A stretch of DNA of 63,025 bases, filler included, from Trichomonas gallinae (GCA_008369845.1; 4 parts of 4 records of this genome joined end to end with filler, not necessarily neighbours in it), one strand, 5' to 3'; counted from the first letter of the whole stretch, positions 21,913-33,378 are shown. Program-made: numbers and translations. The notes: generated from the sequence alone by a model not told the origin.

Positions 21913-22442
21913 AAATGTTTGTATGATAGTGTTTTATAACAAATAACATTTTTTAAATATATAACATATTCGAGAAAATTTTACAAATCATATACGAACA
22001 ATTACCAAACACAAAATTTTGACAAAATATGATAATGTTTGGTAAATATGATTTTTCTTCCAACTTAAGATACATAATCGTAGATTTATTTAGATTGATA
22101 CTCTCTATATGAGTGCAAATAAGTCATGTTCTTGTATTTGGTAATTAGAATTTTTTTGAATTGTAAAGATTATTTACATGTCAAAAATGGGAAATAAAAT
22201 GTGAAAAGATGATATTTGTAATAATAACCAAATAGAAAGCCTAAAAATGCGAATATTTTTGAATGTTTATTTTTTTTTTGAAAGAAAAATCGATTTGTTG
22301 TTTTTTTTGTTAAAATAAGATCACTAGGATATAAATATACCAAAATCAGCTAAAAATCGAATTCGTATAAAATTGGCCACCAAAAGTGACATTCCGCGCC
22401 AAAATCAACAGATTTGAGAAGTTTACATAAATTTTGAGGAAA

Positions 22443-23787
22443 ATGCAAAATACAAGTCCCCCGCGTGTCATGCAAACAGTGGGACTATTTCAGAACTCTC
22501 TTGCAGCGAGGATAGCGAGAGGAGAACTGATGATGGAAGATATCCTCAAAGATAAGTTTTCAATCCTATCTTTAAAGCGAGGTAACAGGATTTTGACAGA
22601 TTAGTTCGTTTTATTTTCTAACATACAGTGTTGTAGACAATATAACAAGCTTACTTACGATAATTTTATCCAAAGAAGATCAAATCTTTCGAAATGCAGC
22701 AGTGAAGGCTGTTCAAACAGGTAACAAGTTAATTATTAAAGCAATATCAGAATCTTCATACCTTCAAGAATATACGCAAGAGATTACAGATGAAAAAAAT
22801 GTTGAATTTTTGGCAATTCTTACAGAATCATGTCTTTCATCCTACCCAGAACTTATACGATCAAGTTTCAAGTATCTTCCTCAGTTGGCTAACTATTTGC
22901 ACATTTCAACTGTTGAATTTATGTATGAAAGTCTTCTTTCTTCAGATGAGAAGTATTTACCTGTTCATCTCTTCCTGAAGTTCGTAGAATTTCCAAAATA
23001 CATCGTTAATTTGGCAAAGGAAGCAGATAACGAAAAATTAATAAGATTATTGAAATTATTATTAAACTGCCTCCAAAACAAATCAATGATGAATTGCACA
23101 TCATGCCCAGAATCGATTGAACTCATTAAGAATTGCATTAATTCAACTGATAATGAAATTCGCAAATATGCATACAAATTCATTTACCAGGCAGTTATAA
23201 TTGATGACAATGATGAAGAATTTGCAACACTCTTTGCTGACAGCGCTGTTTATGCTTTTAGCAACTTTCATAATTATTATTATGAATACCAAGTGACAGC
23301 GCTTAAGTTCTTGTGCACACTAATTCAAATCAGGCCAGCAACAACATTGCTTCTGGATTCAGACGTAATTATCCAGGCGATTTGCGATATTTTTGAAAAG
23401 TTTTGTTCGCATTCTTTCGCATTATCAGCAATATTTGAGTTTATTGACCATACAATCAGTGATTCGCATTTCAAGAAATTCATTTTTGCAAAATTTATTC
23501 CAAAAATTACAAATGCTATCGAAAATCCAAAATCAAGTACGCAGCATTCTTTTGCAATGAAGTTCCTTCATGATCTCGGTGTTCTTGCAAGTAGAGATAC
23601 AATTCTTGAAAAAGAATTGACTCCTGAGATTAAATCAGTGATTTCACAGTATTGTGAGCCATTTGATGAAATGATCCGCTCTTTTTCACCTGCAAGATGC
23701 GGCGAGCTCTATGATGATATTATGGATATTGCTGAAATTCCATTTGGAATCACGAGAACGATCTGCGATTCTCAAGAGTTGATATGA
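22443..23787 (+). CDS. spliced gene join(22443..22603,22629..23787), 439 aa; SAPS/PP6-regulatory-like helical protein
   Basis: ATG 22443 frame ends in TAG overlapping the 5' splice site; removing 25 nt joins it in frame to ORF 22702..23787 (…RGNRILTDYVVDNITSLL…); MEDILKD…LKRGNRILTDY resembles the SAPS N-terminus. Confidence 0.85.
22604..22628 (+). other. 25-nt spliceosomal intron (Trichomonas short type)
   Basis: GTTCGTTTTATTTTCTAACATACAG: GT donor, fused branch point/acceptor TCTAAC-ATACAG; removal restores the frame. Confidence 0.88.
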
Positions 23788-24054
23788 TGCTTGCTTTCTA
23801 TCCGACTGTTGTTTATATTATTTGTATGTTCGAATAAATTATATATTTGAAATTTTAAGAATCTAATTGGAATCATTTGCATTGTAATGTGTGAATGTGT
23901 CTACCCAAAATAGCCAAGTTCTGGAAGTTTTAATATATGTTATACAAGAAGTTGTCGATTTATACGTGATTTTATAAAAATATTGTAAATATGCAGGTTA
24001 ATTTGGTCAATAAGATTATTAATATTAATAAATAAGAAATCAATAAAATGTCAA

Positions 24055-24123
24055 GGTCATTTGGCCGAGTGGTCTAAGGCGCCAGTTTAAGGCACTGGTC
24101 CGCGAGGGCCTGGGTTCGAACCC
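24055..24123 (+). tRNA. tRNA-Leu (anticodon AAG), 3' end lost in assembly gap
   Basis: GGTCATT acceptor, A-box TGGCCGAGTGG, anticodon stem CCAGT/ACTGG with loop TTAAGGC (AAG 24089-91), long variable arm, GGTTCGAACCC T-loop. Confidence 0.93.
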
Positions 24124-24223
24124 NNNNNNNNNNNNNNNNNNNNNNNNNNNNNNNNNNNNNNNNNNNNTTAATTAATTAANNNNNNNNNNNNNNNNNNNNN
24201 NNNNNNNNNNNNNNNNNNNNNNN
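24124..24223. other. artificial contig linker (N44-TTAATTAATTAA-N44)
   Basis: 100-nt spacer with six-frame stop sequence, identical to the other two gaps. Confidence 0.97.
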
Positions 24224-24392
24224 GGGGGGGGGGGATCATATTATATATTCTAACCATTACTTTTGTATTGAAAATAATCGTAATCGATTTTTCAAGTGAC
24301 CAAAAACAACAAAATATTTTTTCAATTTTAATCGAGAAAATGAATTAACAAATATTGATGTTTCATAATCAAGAATAAAAAGGCCCCACCTT

Positions 24393-24740
24393 AAAACCTT
24401 GCTTTATTGACATGTAATTTAATTTACATGTCATAATTTTCAATTCAGTTAATTTGAGAATTCTGTGAAATTAAGATCGAGTATATTGGATAATAGAACG
24501 GAAATAATCAAACAATAAAAATTTTTACACTTTTTCATTCGACAAGTAAATTATGGTTACATTGCATATTTTGATTTTGAGATTGCTTGAAAATTTTGTG
24601 GATTTAAAATCGAGTTTATCTGATGATTTGATGAAAATGATTAAATCGTAAAAACCAAAAACCTTGTTTATTGACAAGTAAATAAAATTTACATGACATA
24701 ATTTATTATTGAGGATATTTGAGAATCCTGTGAAAATCAA
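24393..24740 (+). repeat. degenerate ~80-bp duplication with palindromic motif pairs upstream of PI3K
   Basis: AAAACCTTG(C)TTTATTGACAWGTAA…TTTACATGWCATAATTT…ATTTGAGAATYCTGTGAAA at about 24393-24473 and 24657-24740. Confidence 0.7.
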
Positions 24741-24858
24741 ATCCGCGTCGTTGGGTGATTTGACGATAGAATTACTGCAATTTCTGTTATTTCTGTTATT
24801 CTGCATCCGAAAGTTTCCCTTCTGATCAAAATTTGGATTGTGACGGTTTTAATTTGAA

Positions 24859-27800
24859 ATGACGCACAGGATTGATTTACTTCTACCGAACGGGAGGACT
24901 TTTTTCCTTCCCTTGGATCAGGACTTGAAGGGCAGTGACGTAACTGACCTCCTGACTAACTTCGAGCTGGAAAATTACGTGATTTGCAGAAATGCGCAAC
25001 AAGGAAATCAATACGAAATCTTATATTCATCGGATCCTGAAAAAATCAAGCCATCGGAGAGCATAACGACTGCCTTCACCGAAACACTTTTAACTAATTA
25101 CTTTATTTCTGATCGAAATGTTACATCCAAACAGCAAAGAATGCCTATTTACGTGTTTGACATAGACGAATTCAAAGAACAGAACTCCATTATATCTGCT
25201 GTTATCCCATTAAGTAGTTTCGCACGCAAACACCCAAGAGTTATATTAAAAGTTAAATTACCGACTGATTTATGCATAAATATCGAATCTAAAGTGTCCA
25301 AAACTGTTGGATCCATCCAGAAGCAGCTGTACGAGCAGTTAGTTACCCTGTATGGCGAAAAAAACGTGAGGCATTCGAAAGCTTATCGTCTGGGCACTAT
25401 GAAGGGCGAGTACCCATCTCATAAGCTCAAACTTGCGGAGTGCCCTGAGATGCTGAATGCAATTAAGCTCCAGCAGCAGGATTTCTCTAAACCACAATTT
25501 GTTCTGATGCAAATCAGTGCAGAAACAGACTTTACGAAAGCAGCAAAACAATATACAACAGATTTAGAACTTAAGCCAATCATTCAAACACCAGAAGTTT
25601 TATCATTCAATTCATCATTTTCAGAATTACGCAAGGAAATCGAATCTGTACGCACATCCCGTCTCGAGGCAGAGCCATTACTCGCTCGTATGCGTTTGAA
25701 TTCCTTAGATCAACCTTTAACAACTTGCAGGAAGAAAAACGTACCAATCAAGGTAGATACACGCTTCGTTGCTTTATCAGCTGAAGCAACATCTATCTCT
25801 ATGGCTATTCCATTCGATACAACAGCAACAAAAGCAATTATCGATCTTTTCGCAAAAATGCAAGAGCATCAAGGTATCGGTAAGGATTTGGATCCAAACA
25901 ACTACGCACTTACACTCCAGGGCACAGATGAAGTTGTTGCTGGCGATTTTCCAATCCAATCCTTCGTTTGCGTCAGACAATTCTTGCTTTCCGTTACTCC
26001 ATTCATGAATTTCCTTCTCGTTGATAAGCTACAGCTCACACAGCAGATCAGGGAGAAGGAGCTTTCTTACAGCGCCCTCCCAGAGCCACAGCCAGAACAA
26101 TTATACAGACCAATCAGTTTGGATCAGCCTTTGAAGCCATCTTTCGAGATTATGGGTGGTTTCCCGCATTCCCTCGCCAAAGAATCATTCTCAATCTTCA
26201 TTGGTGGCTGTTTCAATATTCCAGATGATCTTGCTGTTTCAATTTACGTTATCAGGGCCGTTATTATTCATGGTTCCAATGAACTGACAACGGCTGTGCT
26301 GACTAGGCCTTCATTAGGCGGAACAAGCGTCGCATGGAACGAAATGCTTAATTTGAGCCTCCAGATCCAGCAGATTCCGCGTGCAGCTCGTATTGCCATT
26401 ACACTCCACAACTACGAGAAGTACGGATCCAAACAATCAGCCATTGCAACAATCAATATTCCAGTTTTCAATTACGACGGCTGGTACAACTCTGGAGTCA
26501 ACTTCAGATCAATGTGGAACAAGAAGGACACAGATCCGTTATTAACGACATGCCAATGCGAAGAAGAATCAGCAACAAGAATTTTATTCGAAATTCCTCA
26601 GTACATTTATCCAATTGCTCACATCACACCACCAGCACCACAAGGCTCTCGCAATGTAGCGATGTCAGTGAGAGTCACAGCCCAACAGAAAGTCGCTGTC
26701 GATAATATCAGAAAGAAACACTTCGATCCTCTCAAGAAACTGTCAACAGACGATAAAAATGCATTATACAGATACAGAAATGATTTATCCGACATCAGTT
26801 CATTCCTTCCTTTGGTTTTGTCTTCAATCGATTATACATTGCCGACACAAGTCCACGAAATTCCAAGTATCCTCTCCAAGTGGGCCAAGCCGACACCATC
26901 CGAGGCCCTCAGCCTCCTGGACTCTGAATACGCTGACCACAGAGTCAGAGATTACGCAGTTCAATGCTTGGAGGAACTCAGCGACGATGAAATCATGCTT
27001 TACATGCTCCAATTAGTTCAAGCGCTCAAGTACGAGATGTACGATGACTCTCCGCTCTGCAGATTCCTGTTCAGGAGAGGTTTGGCTGAACCAAAATTCC
27101 TTGGTCACCAGCTTTTCTGGCAGTTGATCTCAGAAGCACACATCTCACACATCAGGCGCAGGTTCTCTTCTTTCGTCGTCAACTTTTTGTATGGAAGCGG
27201 TATATATAGGGACGAACTCCTCAAAGGCTACAAGTTCACTCAAGAACTCGTCAGACTCAACCAAAGATTATGCAAGCTTTCGCATGCTGAAGCCACTGAG
27301 CCTTTCAGGGAGGCCCTCAAGAGCATCGACCTCCCCAACGAGTTCCATCTTCCTATGGACCCTAGATTGGTCGTCGACTCTTTCATTGTCGAAAAGTGCA
27401 AAGTTATGAACTCGAAGAAGAAACCTTTCTGGCTCACTTTCCACAACGCTGCCCCATTCTCCACAGAGCCAATCAGAGTTTTGTTCAAGGTCGGTGATGA
27501 CTTGAGACAAGACCAGCTGACACTACAAGTCATGAGAGTCATGGAGCATCTATGGCGTAAGGAAGGCATCGATTTACACATGAGGTGTTATGGTGTCCTT
27601 CCAACAGGCTTCAACCAAGGTTTCATCGAAGTTGTTCCTAATGCCATTACAGAACAAGCTTTGCAACAGGAGAAAGGTACTTTCGCAGGTGTCTGGGATA
27701 CATCTACTATCACTGATTATCTCTGCAAAGTCAACCAGACAACTCAGAACCAGCAGCTCGCTAGGACAAACTTCATGTACTCTTCTGCAGGTTATGCTGT

Positions 27801-28266
27801 CGCGACGTGCGTTTTAGGCATCGCAGACAGACACCCAGGCAACATCATGCTTCAGACAGACGGACACTTCCTGCACATTGACTTCGGCCACTTCCTGGGC
27901 AACTTCAAGACGAAGCTTGGGTACCAGAGAGAAAACGCGCCATTTCACTTCAGCCCTGCTTGCGCGAATGTTCTCGGCGATGTTGACGGAGAAATGTTCA
28001 AGGAGTTCCGCGAATTATGCGGCAAAGCACTTAATATACTCAGACATAACTCTAAGCTGCTCTGCACACTGCTCATGCTCATGCTGGGAACAGGAATCCC
28101 TGAGCTTCAGAAGGCGGAAGACATTAGATACATGACAGACATGATGTTCTTAGATAAGACAGACTCTGAAGCTAGAATCGAGTTCGATAGACTCACGGAC
28201 CTCTCCCTTGATTCGACAAGGACGAAGCTCAACAACTTATTCCACAATATTGCGGTATCTGACTAA
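24859..28266 (+). CDS. phosphatidylinositol 3-kinase, class I-like
   Basis: RBD-like, C2, helical (ALSLLDSEYADHRVRDYAV) and kinase domains (MNSKKKP, FKVGDDLRQD, GIADRHPGN, HIDFGH, RENAPF). Confidence 0.95.
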   Translation: MTHRIDLLLPNGRTFFLPLDQDLKGSDVTDLLTNFELENYVICRNAQQGNQYEILYSSDPEKIKPSESITTAFTETLLTNYFISDRNVTSKQQRMPIYVFDIDEFKEQNSIISAVIPLSSFARKHPRVILKVKLPTDLCINIESKVSKTVGSIQKQLYEQLVTLYGEKNVRHSKAYRLGTMKGEYPSHKLKLAECPEMLNAIKLQQQDFSKPQFVLMQISAETDFTKAAKQYTTDLELKPIIQTPEVLSFNSSFSELRKEIESVRTSRLEAEPLLARMRLNSLDQPLTTCRKKNVPIKVDTRFVALSAEATSISMAIPFDTTATKAIIDLFAKMQEHQGIGKDLDPNNYALTLQGTDEVVAGDFPIQSFVCVRQFLLSVTPFMNFLLVDKLQLTQQIREKELSYSALPEPQPEQLYRPISLDQPLKPSFEIMGGFPHSLAKESFSIFIGGCFNIPDDLAVSIYVIRAVIIHGSNELTTAVLTRPSLGGTSVAWNEMLNLSLQIQQIPRAARIAITLHNYEKYGSKQSAIATINIPVFNYDGWYNSGVNFRSMWNKKDTDPLLTTCQCEEESATRILFEIPQYIYPIAHITPPAPQGSRNVAMSVRVTAQQKVAVDNIRKKHFDPLKKLSTDDKNALYRYRNDLSDISSFLPLVLSSIDYTLPTQVHEIPSILSKWAKPTPSEALSLLDSEYADHRVRDYAVQCLEELSDDEIMLYMLQLVQALKYEMYDDSPLCRFLFRRGLAEPKFLGHQLFWQLISEAHISHIRRRFSSFVVNFLYGSGIYRDELLKGYKFTQELVRLNQRLCKLSHAEATEPFREALKSIDLPNEFHLPMDPRLVVDSFIVEKCKVMNSKKKPFWLTFHNAAPFSTEPIRVLFKVGDDLRQDQLTLQVMRVMEHLWRKEGIDLHMRCYGVLPTGFNQGFIEVVPNAITEQALQQEKGTFAGVWDTSTITDYLCKVNQTTQNQQLARTNFMYSSAGYAVATCVLGIADRHPGNIMLQTDGHFLHIDFGHFLGNFKTKLGYQRENAPFHFSPACANVLGDVDGEMFKEFRELCGKALNILRHNSKLLCTLLMLMLGTGIPELQKAEDIRYMTDMMFLDKTDSEARIEFDRLTDLSLDSTRTKLNNLFHNIAVSD

Positions 28267-29104
28267 TAAAATATTATATATTTTTTACAAAGAAAATCAT
28301 CTATTTTAACAATATCCATCTTTGTCATTGATATTAATATTATCATTTAAAAAACATGAAAAATCTCGAATTGTAGATTCTACCGAATACAGTTGAAAAT
28401 CACATGGTTTATGTATTATAATTTTTAGTAAACATCTGCTTTTTGCACATCAGTTTAGTTGCATCAAAAACGTATCAACATTCGTAGAAAAATTGTTTAT
28501 AAACAATTATATATATTGTAGTAATTCTATATTGAAGTAGACAAAAAAGTCATATGTAATGATACCTACGAGAAAATTTTAGTTGACCCGGGATGTTACT
28601 TTTCCATCAAAAAATATTTTTCGAAAGAGAGATAAAAAGAGAAAAATAAAATGCTTCCTGGACTTTAACCTGCAGACTTTCGCGGACAACCCCGAAAATT
28701 CATCATACATATGATTATGACGTGGAGACAAGTTTTTGACGAAACTATATTAATATATGTGACAACACCCGAAAGCAGTTTTATAGTAGTTTGCAAATAT
28801 TTAATTTGAAAATAAAAAATATTCAATAATAGCATTTGGTATGCAGTATTTAATATGTAATCACATTAGATTACTCATTGATCATGTTCAAATTACGATA
28901 ATATTAGAATCTCGAAATAACGTGTATTTTGTAATTTTCGTAAATGCTTCATTTAACCATCATGATTTAATTTCTCATTTGCTGATGTAAATAGAGGAGA
29001 ATTCTGATGAGATCATTATTGATAACAAAAGATAATCTTTAATGATAAAGAATCTGAATTGAAGACAAATAAACATAAAAACATATAGATAAAACAATTC
29101 CAAA

Positions 29105-29746
29105 TTAGCGCTTACCAATGCTTGGGACAACAATCTTTGCACGATTGACTGTTCTAATGAATTGTTCTATTGCTGGCATCGCAGCTGCATCCTTTGTGAA
29201 TGCAGGAGGCTGGTAGATGGAAGGAATTGCCGAAGTAGAAACGAGATAATGAGTTTTAAGTGCTTTCTTGACATCCTGGACTGATTTGATCTCTTCTTCA
29301 GCCAGTGCTGATGCCTCTGTAGTTTGAGTGAAGTAGTTGTCGAGCATAAGCTCCATTTCTTCGTTCTTCTTCGACACGTTATTCATGAATTCGCGCTGCT
29401 TGTTGAAATCAAATATATGTTTCCTTTCCCAGTATCCACGCCATACTTTCTGGATCTTTCTAGCTTTGTCGTTGAAGAATGCTACCCTTTCTTCAGTTTC
29501 TTTCTCAGTTTTGAGGCATTTAAAGTTTACCTGCGCCATGTACATTCTCCATGTCTTCTGTATCTTAATCGCACATTCTTTTCTGAGTTTACAGCGCTGA
29601 TTTAACTTATGTCCTCTCCAAGCTGCTTGTATTGTTAAAGCTGCCCTAAATTCCTTTTCTCTGTTTTCCTGCGCCTTTTCGACTTCCGTGAAATACCTTG
29701 TAATGATATTCTTTCTGTTCCTATAGAAATTCGCGAAGGCAGCCAT
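29105..29746 (-). CDS. IQ-motif protein, SPATA17-like
   Basis: Three IQ motifs (IQAAWRGH, IQKTWRMY, IQKVWRGY) and C-terminal HYLVSTSAIPSIY, which resembles SPATA17; likely ATG 29746. Confidence 0.8.
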   Translation of the reverse strand: MAAFANFYRNRKNIITRYFTEVEKAQENREKEFRAALTIQAAWRGHKLNQRCKLRKECAIKIQKTWRMYMAQVNFKCLKTEKETEERVAFFNDKARKIQKVWRGYWERKHIFDFNKQREFMNNVSKKNEEMELMLDNYFTQTTEASALAEEEIKSVQDVKKALKTHYLVSTSAIPSIYQPPAFTKDAAAMPAIEQFIRTVNRAKIVVPSIGKR

Positions 29747-30168
29747 AATATTTTTTGTTATTTCGTTTTTTTCTAAATTTTTGACAAAATCTGTCATGTA
29801 AAGTTGAATTGACAAATTGTCTGAATGAAATCGAATGACTCTTCTCACATGGCTTTGTCCTATATTCAGAATAAAAGTATGCATATCAACAATGTGATAC
29901 TTAAAACTACTCAAAAGAGACTTAAAAATATACTTAATCAATTGATTATGTATAGTTTAGACCTGTTGTAAGCAGTATGGGACCTTCTCAACAATCTTTC
30001 AATTAGACACGAGTTTCTGTCGCCCAGCTACTATGACATATTTCAAAAAAATCAGATTTGCCACGTAAAAACTTCAATCCTCTAAATCTGTCATGTAAAA
30101 GTCAAATTGACAAATTTCGTAAAAGTATCATAATATGTCATGTAAAGTCAGAAAAGTATCAAATTTTA

Positions 30169-31698
30169 ATGTTTCCGATTTTTCTTTATTCTTCATTTTG
30201 TGTTCGATCGACATATTATGTATCAAGAATCGGAAAGGTCAATGGAACATGCACACAAAGTGAACCATGCGATTATTTAACCACACTTAAAGTTATTAAA
30301 CCAGAAGATACTGTGATCATTAAAGATAAATATTTCGAAGCGAACAAGCATGTAACACAGTTTATGAGCTTCGCACAGATACTTTTAGATAATAATATCA
30401 GCTTTAAAGGATCCGATACAATTATCAATGGTTCGAAATACATTCAGAAGCCATTAGACTTCTTCCTGATTGCTAAAAATAAAGTAGATTGGGAGTTTGG
30501 TGGATTTACTTTCACAAATTTCAATATTCCAATTATAAATTTTAATGCAATACACAATTCTACTGTTTTCAATCTAACATTCGCTAATAATTACGTCAAT
30601 TCTAACTATGCGATATGCCTCTTTTCGGCATCTATCGTAAATGTAACAAATGTTAATTTTTATGAAAATTCTGTTAATTACTCATCAGTTCTCTTCTTAT
30701 CAACAGCAGATATAAACACTACCAATCTCGTTTTTGAGCGTAACTTTGGAATGCATGATAATCATGATCCATTAATTCGATTATTAAATTCTGGAATGTT
30801 GATAAATGACTCTTTCATACGTGATAACAGCATCAATGATGCACCATTAATATTTACAGACTACAGAAGTGCAGCAATGATTAATAACTGCACAATAGAA
30901 CGAAATTATCATCCCGAAATTATATTATGCGAAGGAAATTGTAATTATTCAATACAAAACTGTCGAATAAGAGGTAATAGAGGCATTATATTTGAAATGG
31001 AAGATGTTGGATACGTTGAAATCTCAAATACAACATTTACAGATAATTTCTCACCGAATTCGACACTTTTTTATCATCCAGGTGGTAATTTGGTGATATA
31101 TGGTGGCTCAAAGTTCGAAGGAAATCACGGAAGAACGTTCTTCGATATGCGAGATGGAGAATCAAATCTTTTGGTTCATGATTGCAGTTTTACCTTAAAT
31201 AGTTTCGATGTGAGTACATTTGCACTAGGTTATAATACTCTAGCATCATTTTCCCAAATTACGCAATCTTCATCTTCAAATGGCGTCGGATTCATTTCAT
31301 CATTTAATGGATCTATGTCAATATTCGCCTCATATTCATCAAATAACATCGGACCATTCTTAAATATGATAAATGGCGAAGTTTTACTGACAATGTGCCA
31401 GTTTTCACGAGAAAGACTATACGAAATCGTTGCAGATGGCGTTGATATTTGGAATATTTTCTCAATATTCAAGGCAAATCTACCCGATATAATTTTATCT
31501 GCAAAACTTCCTTTAATCTTCTGGATTTTTGTTTTTAACTTTTCAATCATTATATTAATCATTATTATTAACTATAAGAGCGTTTCTAGGTTCTTCCAAA
31601 TTCTTTTCTTCTGCAATTTGTGGAATTGTCACTGTAATTGCAGAAAGAGAAGAAAGGATATCAAGAGTGCTGAAGTTGAAAAAGTCCATACAGATTAA
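30169..31698 (+). CDS. Pmp-like/parallel beta-helix surface membrane protein
   Basis: Leader MFPIFLYSSFC, YYVS…G…CT…PC, repeated FxxN turns, C-terminal TM and Cys-rich tail. Confidence 0.8.
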   Translation: MFPIFLYSSFCVRSTYYVSRIGKVNGTCTQSEPCDYLTTLKVIKPEDTVIIKDKYFEANKHVTQFMSFAQILLDNNISFKGSDTIINGSKYIQKPLDFFLIAKNKVDWEFGGFTFTNFNIPIINFNAIHNSTVFNLTFANNYVNSNYAICLFSASIVNVTNVNFYENSVNYSSVLFLSTADINTTNLVFERNFGMHDNHDPLIRLLNSGMLINDSFIRDNSINDAPLIFTDYRSAAMINNCTIERNYHPEIILCEGNCNYSIQNCRIRGNRGIIFEMEDVGYVEISNTTFTDNFSPNSTLFYHPGGNLVIYGGSKFEGNHGRTFFDMRDGESNLLVHDCSFTLNSFDVSTFALGYNTLASFSQITQSSSSNGVGFISSFNGSMSIFASYSSNNIGPFLNMINGEVLLTMCQFSRERLYEIVADGVDIWNIFSIFKANLPDIILSAKLPLIFWIFVFNFSIIILIIIINYKSVSRFFQILFFCNLWNCHCNCRKRRKDIKSAEVEKVHTD

Positions 31699-31802
31699 CT
31701 TTTGTTTGTATATTTTAGTAAATTTTAAAAATTGTATTTTTTAGGAACATAAAGGTTTTTAAATTCTTTACTTGGGCAATGCTAATCTAAAATCAATAAG
31801 AT

Positions 31803-32747
31803 TTAGATTTCTCTTGGAAGGATAACTTCAGATGCAATTCCACAATTGTTGTCTCTGTTTCTGGCCATGCGAATGTAGCCTTCCTCACCCCAAACTGTGC
31901 CCCAAGAGTTACGAACAATCCAATAAGCTGATGATCCTTCAGTGCCATATCCTACGCAGCCGACGGCATGGTCAAGATCCCACGATGAGCATGCTGGCTC
32001 GTAGTAAACGCCTGATTTGTAAAGATGGAACGATTGCTGTGAAGCATCAATGCAAACAGAAACAACACCTTGAGATACAGCCTTTTGGAGTTCATCCTCG
32101 ACTTCTTGGATTTCATCGTAGCCTCTGGTTAAGCCAACGCTCTTGGCTCCGTCGAATTTGCAGGATCCATCAACAGCTGTGTATGGATAGTCAGATTCGA
32201 GGTTGAACTTGCCAGCCTGGTTTCTAAGGACGTGATCGATAGCAGCGAATGGCTCACCACCGTTGCAGCCAGCGCAGTCTTCGACGCAATCAACGATGTT
32301 CTGCTCTGAGAAGATGAGGAGCTTATTTCCAGCCTGTGCCCAACGGGATTCACAGCACTGTATGGCAGAGAAAGCCCAGCAAGAGCCGCAATGTGCCTGA
32401 TTCTTGATTTCATTGACAATGCCCTTAGTGCGCCAGTCAACTGAATCTTTGGCAGCATTTGTAAGCTTTATTGGGTTCTTCTTTGTTGTTCTCGAGCGAT
32501 AACCGAGAAGTGTTTTGTATTCTGAAGGTGTGAGATGGGCGAGATGGTTCAGGCCTACTTTGAAGCCACTGTCAGCTCTGTTATGCGCCTGAACATATCT
32601 CTTGTTAGTTAAGAAAATTCCTAATCTAAAATGATATTCGTCGCCAGTAAAGATGTTGTTTGTTTCACGCATCCACGACACGAATTCTTTCTCTTCATGG
32701 GCATGAATGCCGATGCTCTTTGCTCCAGCAAGCAAAAAATTCAACAT
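31803..32747 (-). CDS. cathepsin L-like cysteine peptidase (clan CA, family C1)
   Basis: I29 propeptide with ERFNIN-like motif; QAHCGSCWAFS, LDHAVG, VRNSWG catalytic motifs intact. Confidence 0.97.
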   Translation of the reverse strand: MLNFLLAGAKSIGIHAHEEKEFVSWMRETNNIFTGDEYHFRLGIFLTNKRYVQAHNRADSGFKVGLNHLAHLTPSEYKTLLGYRSRTTKKNPIKLTNAAKDSVDWRTKGIVNEIKNQAHCGSCWAFSAIQCCESRWAQAGNKLLIFSEQNIVDCVEDCAGCNGGEPFAAIDHVLRNQAGKFNLESDYPYTAVDGSCKFDGAKSVGLTRGYDEIQEVEDELQKAVSQGVVSVCIDASQQSFHLYKSGVYYEPACSSWDLDHAVGCVGYGTEGSSAYWIVRNSWGTVWGEEGYIRMARNRDNNCGIASEVILPREI

Positions 32748-33138
32748 TTGATTTTGCGAAGAAAAGTGTCAAAATTGGCAAAGCTTTAAAAAATTGATTC
32801 AGTCGGTTATAAGCTTATTCCTTTGGATTTACTGACCGATACTGTTCCCAATTTTACAAAATTGGAAATAAAATCATTGAATAATTTATCATGTAATTTT
32901 ATATTTGTCATGTAAAAATATTTACGTTTCAAAAAAATAATTTCATCCTTTTCATATCTATATTAAAAGGGGAAAAGTGAAACTATGCATTTATGATGAT
33001 CATTTTTCTATAAAAAAAGATGATATATTGGCATATTCAAATCAAAATAAAAAAAATTATTTGAAGAAAAAGATATTGAATTTCTAATAGAGACATATTA
33101 TTTACAAAGAACAATAGAAAGTGACTTCATGTATTCTC

Positions 33139-33378
33139 TTATTGGTTCATTTTGATGAAGCAGGAATATTTGGCGCCATTTGCTGTAATTCTAAGTAAAT
33201 ACTGCTTTGTAGTTACAGAAACAGTGACAACCTCTTCATCAATTAAGGCTTTCTGAGCATTATCCAAAAGGCGATGAATAAGAAGTGGATCAATAACTAC
33301 GCCGTCAAGCTCGCCTTTTACATCATGAATTGAGCCATCGATCGTGATATCAAAAGTAACAACTTTTTCCGCTGACAT
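33139..33378 (-). CDS. small roadblock-fold protein, LAMTOR4-like
   Basis: 79 aa; DGSIHDVKGEL…helix…VTVSVTTKQYLLRITANGAKYSCFIK resembles LAMTOR4; AAAGTGAC (M2) upstream. Confidence 0.55.
   Translation of the reverse strand: MSAEKVVTFDITIDGSIHDVKGELDGVVIDPLLIHRLLDNAQKALIDEEVVTVSVTTKQYLLRITANGAKYSCFIKMNQ

Noticed and set aside
24168..24179. TTAATTAATTAA as a TTAA transposon target
   Set aside because: Synthetic linker, identical in all three gaps.
24224..24234. G11 run as a G-quadruplex or telomere
   Set aside because: Homopolymer at a contig edge; length unreliable.
28650..28695. Resemblance to a tRNA 3' half on the minus strand, and GGACAACC similar to the MITE TIR
   Set aside because: T-stem does not pair, no 5' half, no partner TIR or TSD found.
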